A stretch of DNA of 64,000 nt from Myxococcota bacterium. GTDB taxonomy: Bacteria; Myxococcota_A; UBA796; SXON01. The stretch is taken from NCBI GenBank assembly GCA_040386535.1, contig JAZKFH010000015.1:32001-96000 (forward strand), written 5' to 3'. The notes below the pieces were generated by a model. The model did not search any database and was not told the DNA's origin. It saw only the letters and a list, made by a program, of their open reading frames with translations. Made by a program: the position numbers and the translations under genes. Below, one piece after another: positions 28,221 to 37,992 of the stretch; the stretch's first letter is position 1, and every line of letters begins with the position of its first letter.

Positions 28221-29569
28221 GGCGCCGCCGGGCGCAGGCGCACCGCGTCGCCGCCGGGATGGGACAGCGTGATCCGGCCGACCCCGACGGGCCCCGCCGG
28301 CACCCACGCGGCCCCGTCCCACTGGTCCATCATCCACCCGCCGACGGGCCAGTCGAGCGTCCAGCTCACCGGGCCGTCCCGGTGCGCCCCGCGCCATCCG
28401 CCCGCGATCGTCTGCCCGGCGCCCTCGGCGCGCGGATCGTCGTCATCCAGGACGAGCTCGGGAACGGTCGCGACGAGCACGCGGGCATCCTCCCGAAAGA
28501 GCAACCACGGTCCCCACCGGGACGGCGCGCGCTGGTGGCCCGCGCGGCGTAGCTCCACACCGTCGGAGCAGCGCACGTCGATGTCGCCGGTCCCCGCGCG
28601 GTAGGCGCCCCGGTCCTCCCAGCACGCCACCGGGCCCCACAGGCCGAGGCCGTACACGAACCCCGTGTCGGCGGCGTAGACACGGCGCTCGCCGCTCGTC
28701 ATGTCCTGCACGTACACGCCCTCCTCGTCCAGCCAGGCCAACCAGCGGCCATCCCCCGTGACGTGCCGCTCGCTGCGCGCGGTTCGCGCCAGGGGCGTGC
28801 GCCCGCCCTTGTCGGCGCGGGCCCACACATCCTCTCCCGTCAGCCCGCCGTCTTCGATCCAGGCCGCCCATGGCCACGCGAGCGCCGTCGGCGAGCCGGG
28901 GAGGGGCGTGGCGTCCGTCCGATCACGGATCCGCTCGGAGAGCGCGAACGCCTCGACGTGGTCGGACCAGGCGAACACGCCGTGAACCCCGTCGGTCGAC
29001 GGCGGACCCACGGTACCAGGCGCCACCCGGGTCTGATCCGGCGCGGGACTCGTGTCCGGCAGGCGCCACAAGCCGAGCTCGGGGGCGAGCACCGCCCCGG
29101 GCCCGATCCCCGGCGCCTCGGCGCCCGCCGACAACGTGACGCTGGCGCGCGTACCGAGGTGGTCCGCCCGATCCACGCGGCCTGTCGTCGAGCACCACAC
29201 CACCCACGGTCCGGCGAGCGTCGGATAGCGGTCGTCGCGGCACGAAGTGGCCTCGATCGTCGGGAGCGACCGCACCTCGGGCCGCACCAGGACGAGCCCG
29301 CTGTCGTCGGCGGGCTGCACGTCGAGGGTGATCGACACCCCGCCGGCCGTGACCACGAGGGGGCCCGCGGCGCGTGGGGTCACCCTGGCCTCGAGCCCGA
29401 GGTCCTCGTCCACGCCCTCCCATTCGACCTGGGCGGGCCAACCGCCTGCCCAGGACGCGAACAGCCGCACCGGCTCTCCCACCGAGGGGCGGAGGTCCGA
29501 CGCGGCGATGGCGAGGACAGCGAGCGCTCCTGACCCCAGGGCGCGCGGAGCTGTCACCGGCGGGGTCAT
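28217..29569 (-). CDS. Exported hypothetical protein (Ig-like N-terminus, TolB-like repeats, golvesin-like tail)
   Basis: Repeated (G/W)PWxxW and WED blade-like motifs; tail VLDDDDP...W...GDAVRL. ATG at 29569. Domain calls are by eye. Confidence 0.55.
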   Translation of the reverse strand: MTPPVTAPRALGSGALAVLAIAASDLRPSVGEPVRLFASWAGGWPAQVEWEGVDEDLGLEARVTPRAAGPLVVTAGGVSITLDVQPADDSGLVLVRPEVRSLPTIEATSCRDDRYPTLAGPWVVWCSTTGRVDRADHLGTRASVTLSAGAEAPGIGPGAVLAPELGLWRLPDTSPAPDQTRVAPGTVGPPSTDGVHGVFAWSDHVEAFALSERIRDRTDATPLPGSPTALAWPWAAWIEDGGLTGEDVWARADKGGRTPLARTARSERHVTGDGRWLAWLDEEGVYVQDMTSGERRVYAADTGFVYGLGLWGPVACWEDRGAYRAGTGDIDVRCSDGVELRRAGHQRAPSRWGPWLLFREDARVLVATVPELVLDDDDPRAEGAGQTIAGGWRGAHRDGPVSWTLDWPVGGWMMDQWDGAAWVPAGPVGVGRITLSHPGGDAVRLRPAAP

Positions 29570-29591
29570 CGGGCGACCCCTGCGTGAGTCG

Positions 29592-30983
29592 TCAGCGAGC
29601 CGACGTGTCCTCGGCAACACCGCAGCAGCTCACGGTGAGCGTGATGGAGTCGGTCACCGAGGCGCCCGTACAGTCCACGACCGTGAGGTCGAAGTCGAAC
29701 TCGGTCTCCGAGCACTCGCCCGGGGCGGACGCTGCGGAGTCCTCGAGGGTCACCGTGGGGTTGAGGATGTTCGGGTCCGAGATGGTCGCGTCGGCGTTGT
29801 CGGTGGTCCACAGGATGGTGTACGGGTCGCCGTCGGCGTCCGTCACCGTGGCCGTGGCGCCGAGGGATACGGTCTGGTCGGAGCAATCGTCGCAGTCGTA
29901 GGTGTAGCCGCTCTCCTCGCACGTCGCGGAGCCGCCGTCCACCGTGGTGTCGGTGCCCGCCGTGATGGTGGGGCGCTCGTTGCTGCGGCGCTCGGCGGCC
30001 GTGATCGTCACCAGGTCGGGCGAGGCCCACGTGGTGCCGTCGTTCACCGCGCAGGACAGCACGTACTCACCGGCAATGTCCGGGTAGAACGTGGGGGTGA
30101 CGGCGGTGCGATCGGAGAAGGTCGTGTTGTTGACCGCGGAGCCGGTCGGCTTGGACTGGACCTCCCAGAGGTAGGTCAGCGCGTCACCGTCGGGATCGGC
30201 CGAGCGGGAGCAGTCGAGGACGAGCGTGGTGCAGTCCTCGCCGGCGGGCTGGTCGTCGCCCGCGTTGGACACGGGCGCGTGGTCGTCGGCCATGGCGGTC
30301 ACGGTCACGGCGTCGGAGACGGAGCGCGCGATCCCGTTGTTGACCACGAGGTTGAGGACGTACACGCCCTTCACGTCGGGGGTGAACGAGCCGCCCACGG
30401 TGTCGGCGCCGGAGATGTCGCTGACCGTGGAGGACGCCGGCTTGTCGACGACGGACCACGAGTAGGAAAGCGTGCGGCCGCGCGGGTCGTAGCTGAGCGA
30501 GCCGTCGAGCGCGACGAGGGTGCCGACGTCCGCCGACGCGTCGGTACCGGCGTTGGCGACGGGCACCGTCTCCGGGTCTTCGATGGTGACGATGACGTAG
30601 TCGGGGTCGGACTCGAGCCCGGTCGTGTCGGTCACCGTGAGCTTCACCACGTAGGTCCCGACCGCGTCGGGCATGAAGCCCGTGCCGGACTCGCCCGTGT
30701 GGTTGGGGCTGAGGGGGGCCTCGCCCGTGGGGAGCGTGGAGGCCTCGGGCACGTGATCGAAGGCCCAGTGGAACGTCAGGGCGTCGCCGTCGGGGTCGCT
30801 CGACGCGGCCCCGCTCAGGGACACCGGGGTGTCCGCTGTCTGGGTGATGGATTCACCGGCCTCGGCCACGGGCTTGCCGTTGACGGTCCCGACGACGTCG
30901 GTGTCGGTATCCCCCGCGTCCTTGTCGCCGCTGGTACAGGCGGGCATCACGGCGAACATCGCCAGAAAGAGAGTCGTGCGCAT
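29592..30983 (-). CDS. PKD/Ig-like repeat lipoprotein
   Basis: Lipobox MPAC; repeats of PVA.AG...LDGS.S.DPDGDALTY.W...F.PDV.G.Y...L.V. Confidence 0.85.
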   Translation of the reverse strand: MRTTLFLAMFAVMPACTSGDKDAGDTDTDVVGTVNGKPVAEAGESITQTADTPVSLSGAASSDPDGDALTFHWAFDHVPEASTLPTGEAPLSPNHTGESGTGFMPDAVGTYVVKLTVTDTTGLESDPDYVIVTIEDPETVPVANAGTDASADVGTLVALDGSLSYDPRGRTLSYSWSVVDKPASSTVSDISGADTVGGSFTPDVKGVYVLNLVVNNGIARSVSDAVTVTAMADDHAPVSNAGDDQPAGEDCTTLVLDCSRSADPDGDALTYLWEVQSKPTGSAVNNTTFSDRTAVTPTFYPDIAGEYVLSCAVNDGTTWASPDLVTITAAERRSNERPTITAGTDTTVDGGSATCEESGYTYDCDDCSDQTVSLGATATVTDADGDPYTILWTTDNADATISDPNILNPTVTLEDSAASAPGECSETEFDFDLTVVDCTGASVTDSITLTVSCCGVAEDTSAR

Positions 30984-30992
30984 CGGATGCTC

Positions 30993-32360
30993 CTACGGGC
31001 TGTACTCGCCGGTGCAGGTGTAGGTGATGTTGACGGTGTCGGAGTCGGTGTCGGCGCAGTCGCTCACGCTGAGGACCACTTCCCAGTCCCGAACCGTCGC
31101 AACGTTGTAGGTAGCGGGGAACGACGGGGTGAGCACCTGGGTCTCGGGGCTGTACCGCGAGACGATGGTGAGCTCGCCCGAGGCGTCGGACCAGAGGAAG
31201 TCGAGGTCGTCGCCGTCGACCGGGTCGTCGGACGCGCTGCCGTCGAGAGTCACGTCTTCCGACGGGCAATCATCGCAGGTGAAGACGTACGACGCCGTGG
31301 TGCACTCGGCGGCGACGGTGATGGTCTGGTCCTCGCCGGCGTTGGCGATGGGCCGGTTGTTCGCGGACTCGTCCGAGAACGTGTAGCTGACGATGTCCGG
31401 GGCGGACTCGAAGGCGCCGTCGTGGACACGCAGCTCGAAGGTGTACGTGCCGACGATGTCCCAACCGAAGAGGGGGTTGGCGAGGACCTCCTGTCCCTCC
31501 GCGAACGAGGCGGCGGAGCCCGTCGGGGCGCTGAGCAGCGACCACGCGTAGGTGAGCTCGGCGCCTTCGGGGTCGTAGCTGCCGTAACCGTCGAGCTCGA
31601 AGTTCTGCTCGGTGCAAGGCGAGAGCGCGCTGCTCGCGCCGGCGTCCGCGATGGGAACCGCGTTGGTCGACTCGACCGTGATGCTGCAGAAGTCGGCGGC
31701 GGACCAGTTGCTGCCGTCGCTCACGGTGAGGCCCACCACGAAGACGCCGGCGCAGTCGGGCACCACGGCCGGGCTCGCGGTGAACGCATTGAACACGTCG
31801 GACACACCGAGGCCGGAGCAGGACGGCGCGGACGAGAGCGACCACTTGTAGACGAGCTCGGCGCCCTCGGGGTCGGTGGACGCGGAGCCGTCGAGATCGA
31901 CGCGCTCATCGACGCCGGCGACGAGGTTGGCGCCGCAGTCGGCGATCGGTGCGGCGTTGCCGGACGCGACGGTGATCACGATGTAGTCGGCGGAGGAGAC
32001 CGCGCCGGTCGAGTCCGCGGCCGTGACCGAGACGACGTAGGTGCCGACCACGTCGGGCACGAACGAGGGCGCCGCGGGGTCGGTGACATCGAGGTCACCG
32101 GTGTCGATGCCGGAGTCGACCGGCACGGACTCGACGGCCCAGTTCAGGATCGCCTCCTCCCCGTCGACACACACCTCGCCCGTGGCGGTGGGGGTGGCGG
32201 GGGTGCCGAGGGTGATCGACAGGTCGGCAGAGCCGATGACCGTCGGACCCGCGCATTCGGAGCCGGAATCGTCCTTGTCCTCGGCGGGCGGCTTCACCAC
32301 GCAGGCGGGGAGCGCCGCGAGGAACAGGAGGGCGAGGGAGGCGCGGAGGGTTGGAGTCAT
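30993..32360 (-). CDS. PKD/Ig-like repeat lipoprotein, paralog of 29592-30983
   Basis: Lipobox LPAC; PIAD.G...LDGSAS.DPEGAEL.Y.W repeats. ATG at 32360. Confidence 0.85.
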   Translation of the reverse strand: MTPTLRASLALLFLAALPACVVKPPAEDKDDSGSECAGPTVIGSADLSITLGTPATPTATGEVCVDGEEAILNWAVESVPVDSGIDTGDLDVTDPAAPSFVPDVVGTYVVSVTAADSTGAVSSADYIVITVASGNAAPIADCGANLVAGVDERVDLDGSASTDPEGAELVYKWSLSSAPSCSGLGVSDVFNAFTASPAVVPDCAGVFVVGLTVSDGSNWSAADFCSITVESTNAVPIADAGASSALSPCTEQNFELDGYGSYDPEGAELTYAWSLLSAPTGSAASFAEGQEVLANPLFGWDIVGTYTFELRVHDGAFESAPDIVSYTFSDESANNRPIANAGEDQTITVAAECTTASYVFTCDDCPSEDVTLDGSASDDPVDGDDLDFLWSDASGELTIVSRYSPETQVLTPSFPATYNVATVRDWEVVLSVSDCADTDSDTVNITYTCTGEYSP

Positions 32361-32467
32361 GCGTCGGGCTCCGGCTGTGGACGGGGTTCGGGCGCCGTGT
32401 GAGGGCACCCGTTCGGAGAGGCAGTGTACGGATGGGAACGGGTCGCCGTCAACACGAACTTGACACG

Positions 32468-33241
32468 TTGTGCAGGAGGGGCCTGCTGGCGGGGTCGGTC
32501 GTCGCGATGTGCCTTCGAAGCGGGGCAGTCCATGGACAGGACGGCTGGCAGCCGGAGGCACTGTTTCCTCATCGTGACGAGATCGCAAGGACTTCCTTCG
32601 CCGCCGTCACCGGCGTTGACGGTGCCATCGGCTATGTGCCGCCCTTCCGCGTCGGTACGCGTGACCGCCTGAGTCCCTTCGTCGGGGCCAGCGTGCGGCT
32701 GGCACCGTTCGAGTTCCAGGCGTCGTGGGGCTGGATCGTGGACGCGAGCAAGGCGGGTGGAACGGTGCACGGCCCCGGGGATCTCCGCCTGGGCACCGTC
32801 GTCACGCTGCTGCGCCCCGGCGAGTTCGACTTCACCGCCGGCTGGGAGGCCAAGCTCCCCAACGCGAGCGACGAGGGCGAGATCGGCACGGACGAGACCG
32901 ACGTGACCTTCGGTGTGTCCGGGGGCTGGCGGCGTGGGCCCGTCGCGGCGCGGCTGGCCGTCGGGCTGGCCGTCCTCGGCAATCCCCTCCGCTTCGCGAA
33001 CCAGGACGACGTCCCGCTGCTCCGCGGCTCGGTCGCGTGGACGCCGGGCCTCGTGCGGGTCGTCGGCGCGGCCTCGGCCGACTTCGCGACCGCACGCAAT
33101 CCCGCCCGGATCGAGGCGGACGTCGCGTTGCAGGTGGGATCCCGATGGTTCGGTCTGGTCCATGCGGGGGGCGGATTCGTGCCCGCGTCGGCGGATTGGC
33201 ACGCCGGTCTCGCCGTCGGCTTCGTGTCGGCCCTTCCCTAG
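32468..33241 (+). CDS. Putative outer-membrane beta-barrel (transporter/MetA-like), start uncertain
   Basis: GPGDLRLGT, WEAKLPNASD..GIGTDETD motifs and amphipathic strands. Start may be TTG 32468 or ATG 32507. Confidence 0.55.
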   Translation: MCRRGLLAGSVVAMCLRSGAVHGQDGWQPEALFPHRDEIARTSFAAVTGVDGAIGYVPPFRVGTRDRLSPFVGASVRLAPFEFQASWGWIVDASKAGGTVHGPGDLRLGTVVTLLRPGEFDFTAGWEAKLPNASDEGEIGTDETDVTFGVSGGWRRGPVAARLAVGLAVLGNPLRFANQDDVPLLRGSVAWTPGLVRVVGAASADFATARNPARIEADVALQVGSRWFGLVHAGGGFVPASADWHAGLAVGFVSALP

Positions 33242-33301
33242 AGCAGGTCGGGTGTATAGCCATCCGGCGCGTCGACGGGTGCGCCCGCCGAGGAGACGTA
33301 C

Positions 33302-33952
33302 ATGGCTTTTTTCGACTTCCTTCTCGGGGGCCCCGCGGGGCAACTCAAGCGACACGCCCGCCGCGTGGCGAACCGTGACGCCCAGGCCGAGGACCGTGAG
33401 GCCTCCGCGCACTGGCTCGCCCAGAACGGCTCGGAGGAGGCGCTCCTGGCGATGTGCGCGCGCTTCGCGCTCCAGCTGGAGCACGGCCTGAAGGACCGGA
33501 AGGAGAAGGACCTCGTGTTCGAGCTCCTCGCCGAGCAGGGGCCGCGCGGCGCCGCGGTGGCCCGTCGCTGGGCGACCGAGAACCCCAACTTCCACCACGC
33601 GGTGCGGCTCGTCGAGCGTGTGGAGGGCTCCGAGGCGGCCGTCGGGCTGCTCCTCGAGCTGCTCGCGGCCGAGCAGGTGGACCAGGAGTTCAAGCCCGAG
33701 AAGAAGCGCAACCTGCTGATCTCGCTCGCCGAGCGCCGCAGCGTCCGCGTGGTCGAGGCCGCGCGCCGCTTCCTCACCGACTTCGACGAGGGCGTGCGCC
33801 ACGCCGCGATCGAGGCGATGGCCGCCCAGGAAGGGGACGCCGCGGCGCCCCACCTCGCGCAGGCGCTGATCAACCCCAAGGAAGAGAGCACGCGCATCCG
33901 CGGGCGGCTGCAGGAGATCTTCGTGCAGCGGAAGTGGCCGCTTCCCTCCTGA
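33302..33952 (+). CDS. HEAT-repeat protein
   Basis: FLTDFDEGVRHAAIEAM, EESTRIRGR; GGAG RBS before the ATG. Confidence 0.75.
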   Translation: MAFFDFLLGGPAGQLKRHARRVANRDAQAEDREASAHWLAQNGSEEALLAMCARFALQLEHGLKDRKEKDLVFELLAEQGPRGAAVARRWATENPNFHHAVRLVERVEGSEAAVGLLLELLAAEQVDQEFKPEKKRNLLISLAERRSVRVVEAARRFLTDFDEGVRHAAIEAMAAQEGDAAAPHLAQALINPKEESTRIRGRLQEIFVQRKWPLPS

Positions 33953-33967
33953 ACCCCACGGTCCCCG

Positions 33968-35575
33968 CTACTCGAGCCCCATCCGTGCCAGCCGCTCGCG
34001 GGCCAGGGGCGCCGCCGGGCCGTCCTCCGCGACGACCAGGTACTCGCGGTAGTGGTAGGCGGCCTTGCGGACGTCGGCCTGGCCGAAGGCGAGGTTGGCG
34101 AGGTTGAGGTGGGCCTGCGGGTCCCGCGGGCAGGCGCGTAGCGTGGATGCATAGCGGGACGCCGCGGCTTCGAGGTCCCCCGCGCGCGAGGCGAGCGTCC
34201 CGAGGTTGTTCGATGCGTCGCAGTTCCCGGGGTGGGCGCGCAGGACCTCCTGCCACGCGGTCCGGGCGCCCGCGTCGTCACCTGACTCCGCACGGACGAT
34301 CCCGAGATTGATGCGCGCGTTCGGATCGTCGGGGTTGAGCTCCGCGGCGCGGACGTAGGCGGGCTCGGCCTCTCGGAAGCGGCGCGCGAGGCGCAGGGCG
34401 TCTCCGTAGCCGTACCAGGCGCGTGCGCTCGCGGGGTACCGGGCGGCGGCGCCCTCCCACAACGTGGCCTCGTCCGCCCACACCCGGTTCCGCGCCACGG
34501 TCGCGAGCAGGAGCACCGGGACGAGCGCCCACGCCGGCCGCACTGCGACCGCCGGGACGGAGGCCACCCCCGCCAGGATCAGCGCGTAGCCGGCGAAGTA
34601 GGCGCGGTGCTCCGCCATGGTCTCGAGCAGGGGCACCGCGGAGGAGGGAAGGAGCCACGCGCCCCACACCACGAGGGCAAAGGCCCGGATCGCGGCGGGG
34701 GAAGGCGAGGCACCCGCCGGAGCCGCGCGCGCCTGCCGGACGATCAGCGCCGCGACGCTCCCCCACGCGAGCAGCGCCGCGACGCCCACGAGCCGCCCGA
34801 CGCCCGGGTGATCGTGGAGGATCGACTGCCCCACGGGCGCGAGCCACAGCGCGACGTAGCGCCCCCACACCTCCGCCTGGGAGAGCAGCTGCACGCCCGC
34901 GGCGCGGGGCACCTCCGACGCCGGCCAGCCGTACATCCACAGGCGGAGCGCCACCGCGGCGGCGCCCGCCCCGGCGAACACCAGGTGGTCGCGCCAGCGC
35001 GGCGCGACGGCGATCCAGCGGTCGACGGCCAGGAGCGCCACGGGGAGGAGCAGGCCCACCTCCTTGGTGAGCAGCGCCGCCGCGACCGCGATCAGGGCGA
35101 CGAGGCGCGCGCGGGGGGCGCCGCGGCGGTGGTCGATCCACGCGGTGAGGGCCACGAGCCACCACGTCGCCTCGAGCGCGTCCGAGCGCCCGGTGACGTA
35201 GGTGACGGCGTCCGTGGTCATCGGGTGCAGCGCCCAGAGCGCCGCGACGAGGGCCGCGCGCGCCGGCGTGAGCAGACGGCCGGCGAGGCGGCACGCCAGG
35301 ACCGCGTTGAGCGCGTGGATCGCCACGGAGAGCACGTGGTACCCGAACGGATCGAGCCCGCCCAGCCACCAGTTGAACGCGTACGTGACGATGAGCAGCG
35401 GGCGGCTGGTGTTGTAGCTCGCGATGGCGCCGACGTCGTCGAGCCAGCGGATGGTGCGGTTGCCGACGACCTCGATGCGGTCGTCGTAGGTGAAGGGCGC
35501 GTGCAGCGCGGGCGCCCACGCCACCATGATCGCGACGAGCAGGGCGGCGAGGAGCGCGGCGTGGCGACGGGTCAC
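33968..35575 (-). CDS. TMTC-like GT-C membrane protein with C-terminal TPR repeats
   Basis: FTYDD...N, SRPL, HPMTTDAVTYVTGRSD, KE, AEHRAY, RNRVW.DE..LW, then TPRs (ARINLG, SNNLG, AHLNLA). GTG at 35575. Confidence 0.8.
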   Translation of the reverse strand: MTRRHAALLAALLVAIMVAWAPALHAPFTYDDRIEVVGNRTIRWLDDVGAIASYNTSRPLLIVTYAFNWWLGGLDPFGYHVLSVAIHALNAVLACRLAGRLLTPARAALVAALWALHPMTTDAVTYVTGRSDALEATWWLVALTAWIDHRRGAPRARLVALIAVAAALLTKEVGLLLPVALLAVDRWIAVAPRWRDHLVFAGAGAAAVALRLWMYGWPASEVPRAAGVQLLSQAEVWGRYVALWLAPVGQSILHDHPGVGRLVGVAALLAWGSVAALIVRQARAAPAGASPSPAAIRAFALVVWGAWLLPSSAVPLLETMAEHRAYFAGYALILAGVASVPAVAVRPAWALVPVLLLATVARNRVWADEATLWEGAAARYPASARAWYGYGDALRLARRFREAEPAYVRAAELNPDDPNARINLGIVRAESGDDAGARTAWQEVLRAHPGNCDASNNLGTLASRAGDLEAAASRYASTLRACPRDPQAHLNLANLAFGQADVRKAAYHYREYLVVAEDGPAAPLARERLARMGLE

Positions 35576-36693
35576 GGGCGGACCTCCTCGTAGACGCGCA
35601 GGTGGGCCGCGGCGACCTCCCCGTAGTCGAGGTGGCGCGCGATGTAGCGCCGGCCGCGCTCGACCATGCCGCGGGCGGCCGCGCGGTCCGAGAGCAAGGT
35701 GCGGAGCGCACCCCGGAGCGCGCCCACGTCTCCCCCGGCCACGAGCAGCCCCGCGCCGGCCTCCGCGATGAGCTCGCCACATCCGCAGTCTCCGCCCACG
35801 ACCACCGGCGCGCCGCACATGAGCCCTTCGAGGGGCACCAGTCCGAACACCTCGTGGGTCGAGGGGTAGGCCAGCACGTCGGCGTCGACGAGCAGGGCGA
35901 GGCGCTCGGGGCCCTCCAGGGTGCCCGCGTGGTAGACGCCGGCCGGGAGCGCCATGCCGCGCGCCGGGCCCGCGAGCACGAGGCGCGCGTCGCCCATCGC
36001 GCCGTCGGCAAACGCGGCGGCCAGCGTGTCCACCCCCTTTCGTGGGGTGATCTGGCCGAGGTAGGCGACGAGGGGCCCGGCGCCGAGCCCGTGCGCGGCG
36101 CGGAAGGTGCCGCGCGGGGGCAGATCGTCGAATTCTTCGAGCCAGAGCCCGTTCGGGATGCGCGCCACGCGGTCGCCGTGGACGCCCGCCGCCAGCACCT
36201 GGCGCACCTCCGCGCGGCTCGTGGCGATCACGCGGTCGGCGCGCCGCGGCACGTCGCCGTCGAACAGCGCGTCCCAGAGCCGCTTGACGCCAATCTTCCG
36301 CTCGATGCGCGGGAGCGTGCCGTGCGGCGTCATCACGACCGGGAGGCCGGCGGCGCGCGCGGCGCGGAAGGCCCGGAAGTTCAGGAGGTTCCGGTGCGCG
36401 TGCAGATGCACGACATCGACGCCCTCGAGCGGCGGCGCGCTGGTCGGGAGGTACAGCTGGTGGGCCCACGCGAGCCGGTTGGAGGCCACGCGGGACACGA
36501 CCACGTCGATGCCGTCGAGCACGTGACGCGCCGGCACCGGCGCCCGGTGTGTGGCGTCGTACACGTCGGTGGTCCAGACACGAACGTCCAACCCCGCCCG
36601 CACCTGGGCCCGGGCGAGCCCGTGCACCGCGCGCGGAATGCCCCCGTAGGCCCACGTGGGAGGGAAGCAGGGCGTGACGTGCAGGACGCGCAT
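35572..36693 (-). CDS. Glycosyltransferase family 4 (GT-B)
   Basis: MRVLHVTP...YGG, HG, IPNG, LGQITPRKG, PSTHEVFGLVPLEGLMCGAPVV (EX7E). Confidence 0.92.
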   Translation of the reverse strand: MRVLHVTPCFPPTWAYGGIPRAVHGLARAQVRAGLDVRVWTTDVYDATHRAPVPARHVLDGIDVVVSRVASNRLAWAHQLYLPTSAPPLEGVDVVHLHAHRNLLNFRAFRAARAAGLPVVMTPHGTLPRIERKIGVKRLWDALFDGDVPRRADRVIATSRAEVRQVLAAGVHGDRVARIPNGLWLEEFDDLPPRGTFRAAHGLGAGPLVAYLGQITPRKGVDTLAAAFADGAMGDARLVLAGPARGMALPAGVYHAGTLEGPERLALLVDADVLAYPSTHEVFGLVPLEGLMCGAPVVVGGDCGCGELIAEAGAGLLVAGGDVGALRGALRTLLSDRAAARGMVERGRRYIARHLDYGEVAAAHLRVYEEVRP

Positions 36694-36777
36694 CGGGGCG
36701 CCCGCAGGCTACCGCCTCCGCGGTTTGGTTGCACGGCTGCCGGTAGGCGACTACTCTCCGCGGCCGAGAGGCTGTCC

Positions 36778-37146
36778 ATGCGCGCGATCACCCTGCTGCT
36801 CGTCTTCTCCGCCGCACTCCTCGCCACCGGGTGTGGGCCCGACTGCCAGACCTCCTGCGAGAAGATCTTCGGCGACGCCGCGGGTGAGTGTGACATCCAG
36901 ATCCCCGGCAAGGTCGGGGAATCCGGGCGTCAGGAGATGATTTCTCAGTGTGTTTCCCACTGCGAGCAGGCCTTGCGCCGCAACGGCGACATCGGGGATT
37001 ACTCTCCGAACGAACGCGCGGGCGGGGATGACGACATCTCGCTGGAAAATGAGAAGCAGGCGGCCTTGTGGATGGACTGCGTGTCCGAGACCAGCTGCGA
37101 CAACCTCAACAAGAACTACTGTGCGCCCGTCAAGAACTACCCGTAG
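36778..37146 (+). CDS. Small Cys-rich lipoprotein A
   Basis: Lipobox LATGC; CQTSCEK, CVSHCEQ, CVSETSC...C. Confidence 0.75.
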   Translation: MRAITLLLVFSAALLATGCGPDCQTSCEKIFGDAAGECDIQIPGKVGESGRQEMISQCVSHCEQALRRNGDIGDYSPNERAGGDDDISLENEKQAALWMDCVSETSCDNLNKNYCAPVKNYP

Positions 37147-37426
37147 CGCGCTGCTCCTCCTCGGAGTCCAGCTCCTGCTCGCCGGTTGTCAGCCCACCTG
37201 TGAGCAGGTGTGCGACAAGCTGGTGGAGTGCGACAACCCCGGCACCGAGCGCATGTCCGGCCCGGAGTGCGAGGAGTCCTGCAACACGCAGAAGGACAGC
37301 TACGCGAAGTGGACCGACACGCAGCTGCGTGACGCGATGGACGCCCAGCTCTCCTGCCTGTACGACGCCTCGTGTGACGCGGTGGCCGACGGCGCCTGCT
37401 ACGACGAGGACGTCTGGTCCTTCTGA
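37121..37426 (+). CDS. Small Cys-rich lipoprotein B (paralog of A)
   Basis: Lipobox LLAGC; CEQVCDK, CEESC, CLYDASC...C. The GTG start at 37121 is inferred. Confidence 0.7.
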   Translation: MRPSRTTRSALLLLGVQLLLAGCQPTCEQVCDKLVECDNPGTERMSGPECEESCNTQKDSYAKWTDTQLRDAMDAQLSCLYDASCDAVADGACYDEDVWSF

Positions 37427-37992
37427 CCGGGCCCTCTCGGTGCCTCGACCTCGCCCCACGCCGCGCGCCACGCCGTGACGGCCTCGGCGACATCGCGGGC
37501 GCCGAAGATCCCGCCCATCCCGGCGACGCCCCGCGCGCCCGCGGCGCGGCAGCGGCCCACCCGCTCGGCTGACACGCCGCCCAGCGCCACCGCGCCCGGG
37601 GTGCGCAGCACGGACATGCCCAGCGGGCGGCGTCGATCCCCGGGCTTGGACGCGGAGCGCCAGATGGGGGAGAGCAGCGCCCAGGTCGCGCCCATCCCCA
37701 GCGCGTGGTCCACCTCCGCGGGCGCGTGCGCGCTGACGCTGAACGGGTTCGTGCGCACCGCGAGGCGAACGTCGCTCGCGTAGTGCAGCGCGACCGGGAG
37801 GTTCGGGGCGAGCGCGACCGCCCCGGGCATCCGCGTGTGGAGCACCAGCCGGTACGGCCACGACTCGGCCAGCGCGTCGAGGCCCTGCGGGAGCACGCTC
37901 TCCCGCACGATCACGCGGTCGATGCCCGCTTCGAGCGCGGCGCGAACGCGATCGACGAGGTCCGGGCCACCGCAGGTGATGCCGACGATCAC
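37399..37992 (-). CDS. thiE: Thiamine phosphate synthase/TenI-family protein
   Basis: [36 protein letters not shown]; coupled to thiG. Confidence 0.75.
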   Translation of the reverse strand: MIVGITCGGPDLVDRVRAALEAGIDRVIVRESVLPQGLDALAESWPYRLVLHTRMPGAVALAPNLPVALHYASDVRLAVRTNPFSVSAHAPAEVDHALGMGATWALLSPIWRSASKPGDRRRPLGMSVLRTPGAVALGGVSAERVGRCRAAGARGVAGMGGIFGARDVAEAVTAWRAAWGEVEAPRGPGQKDQTSSS

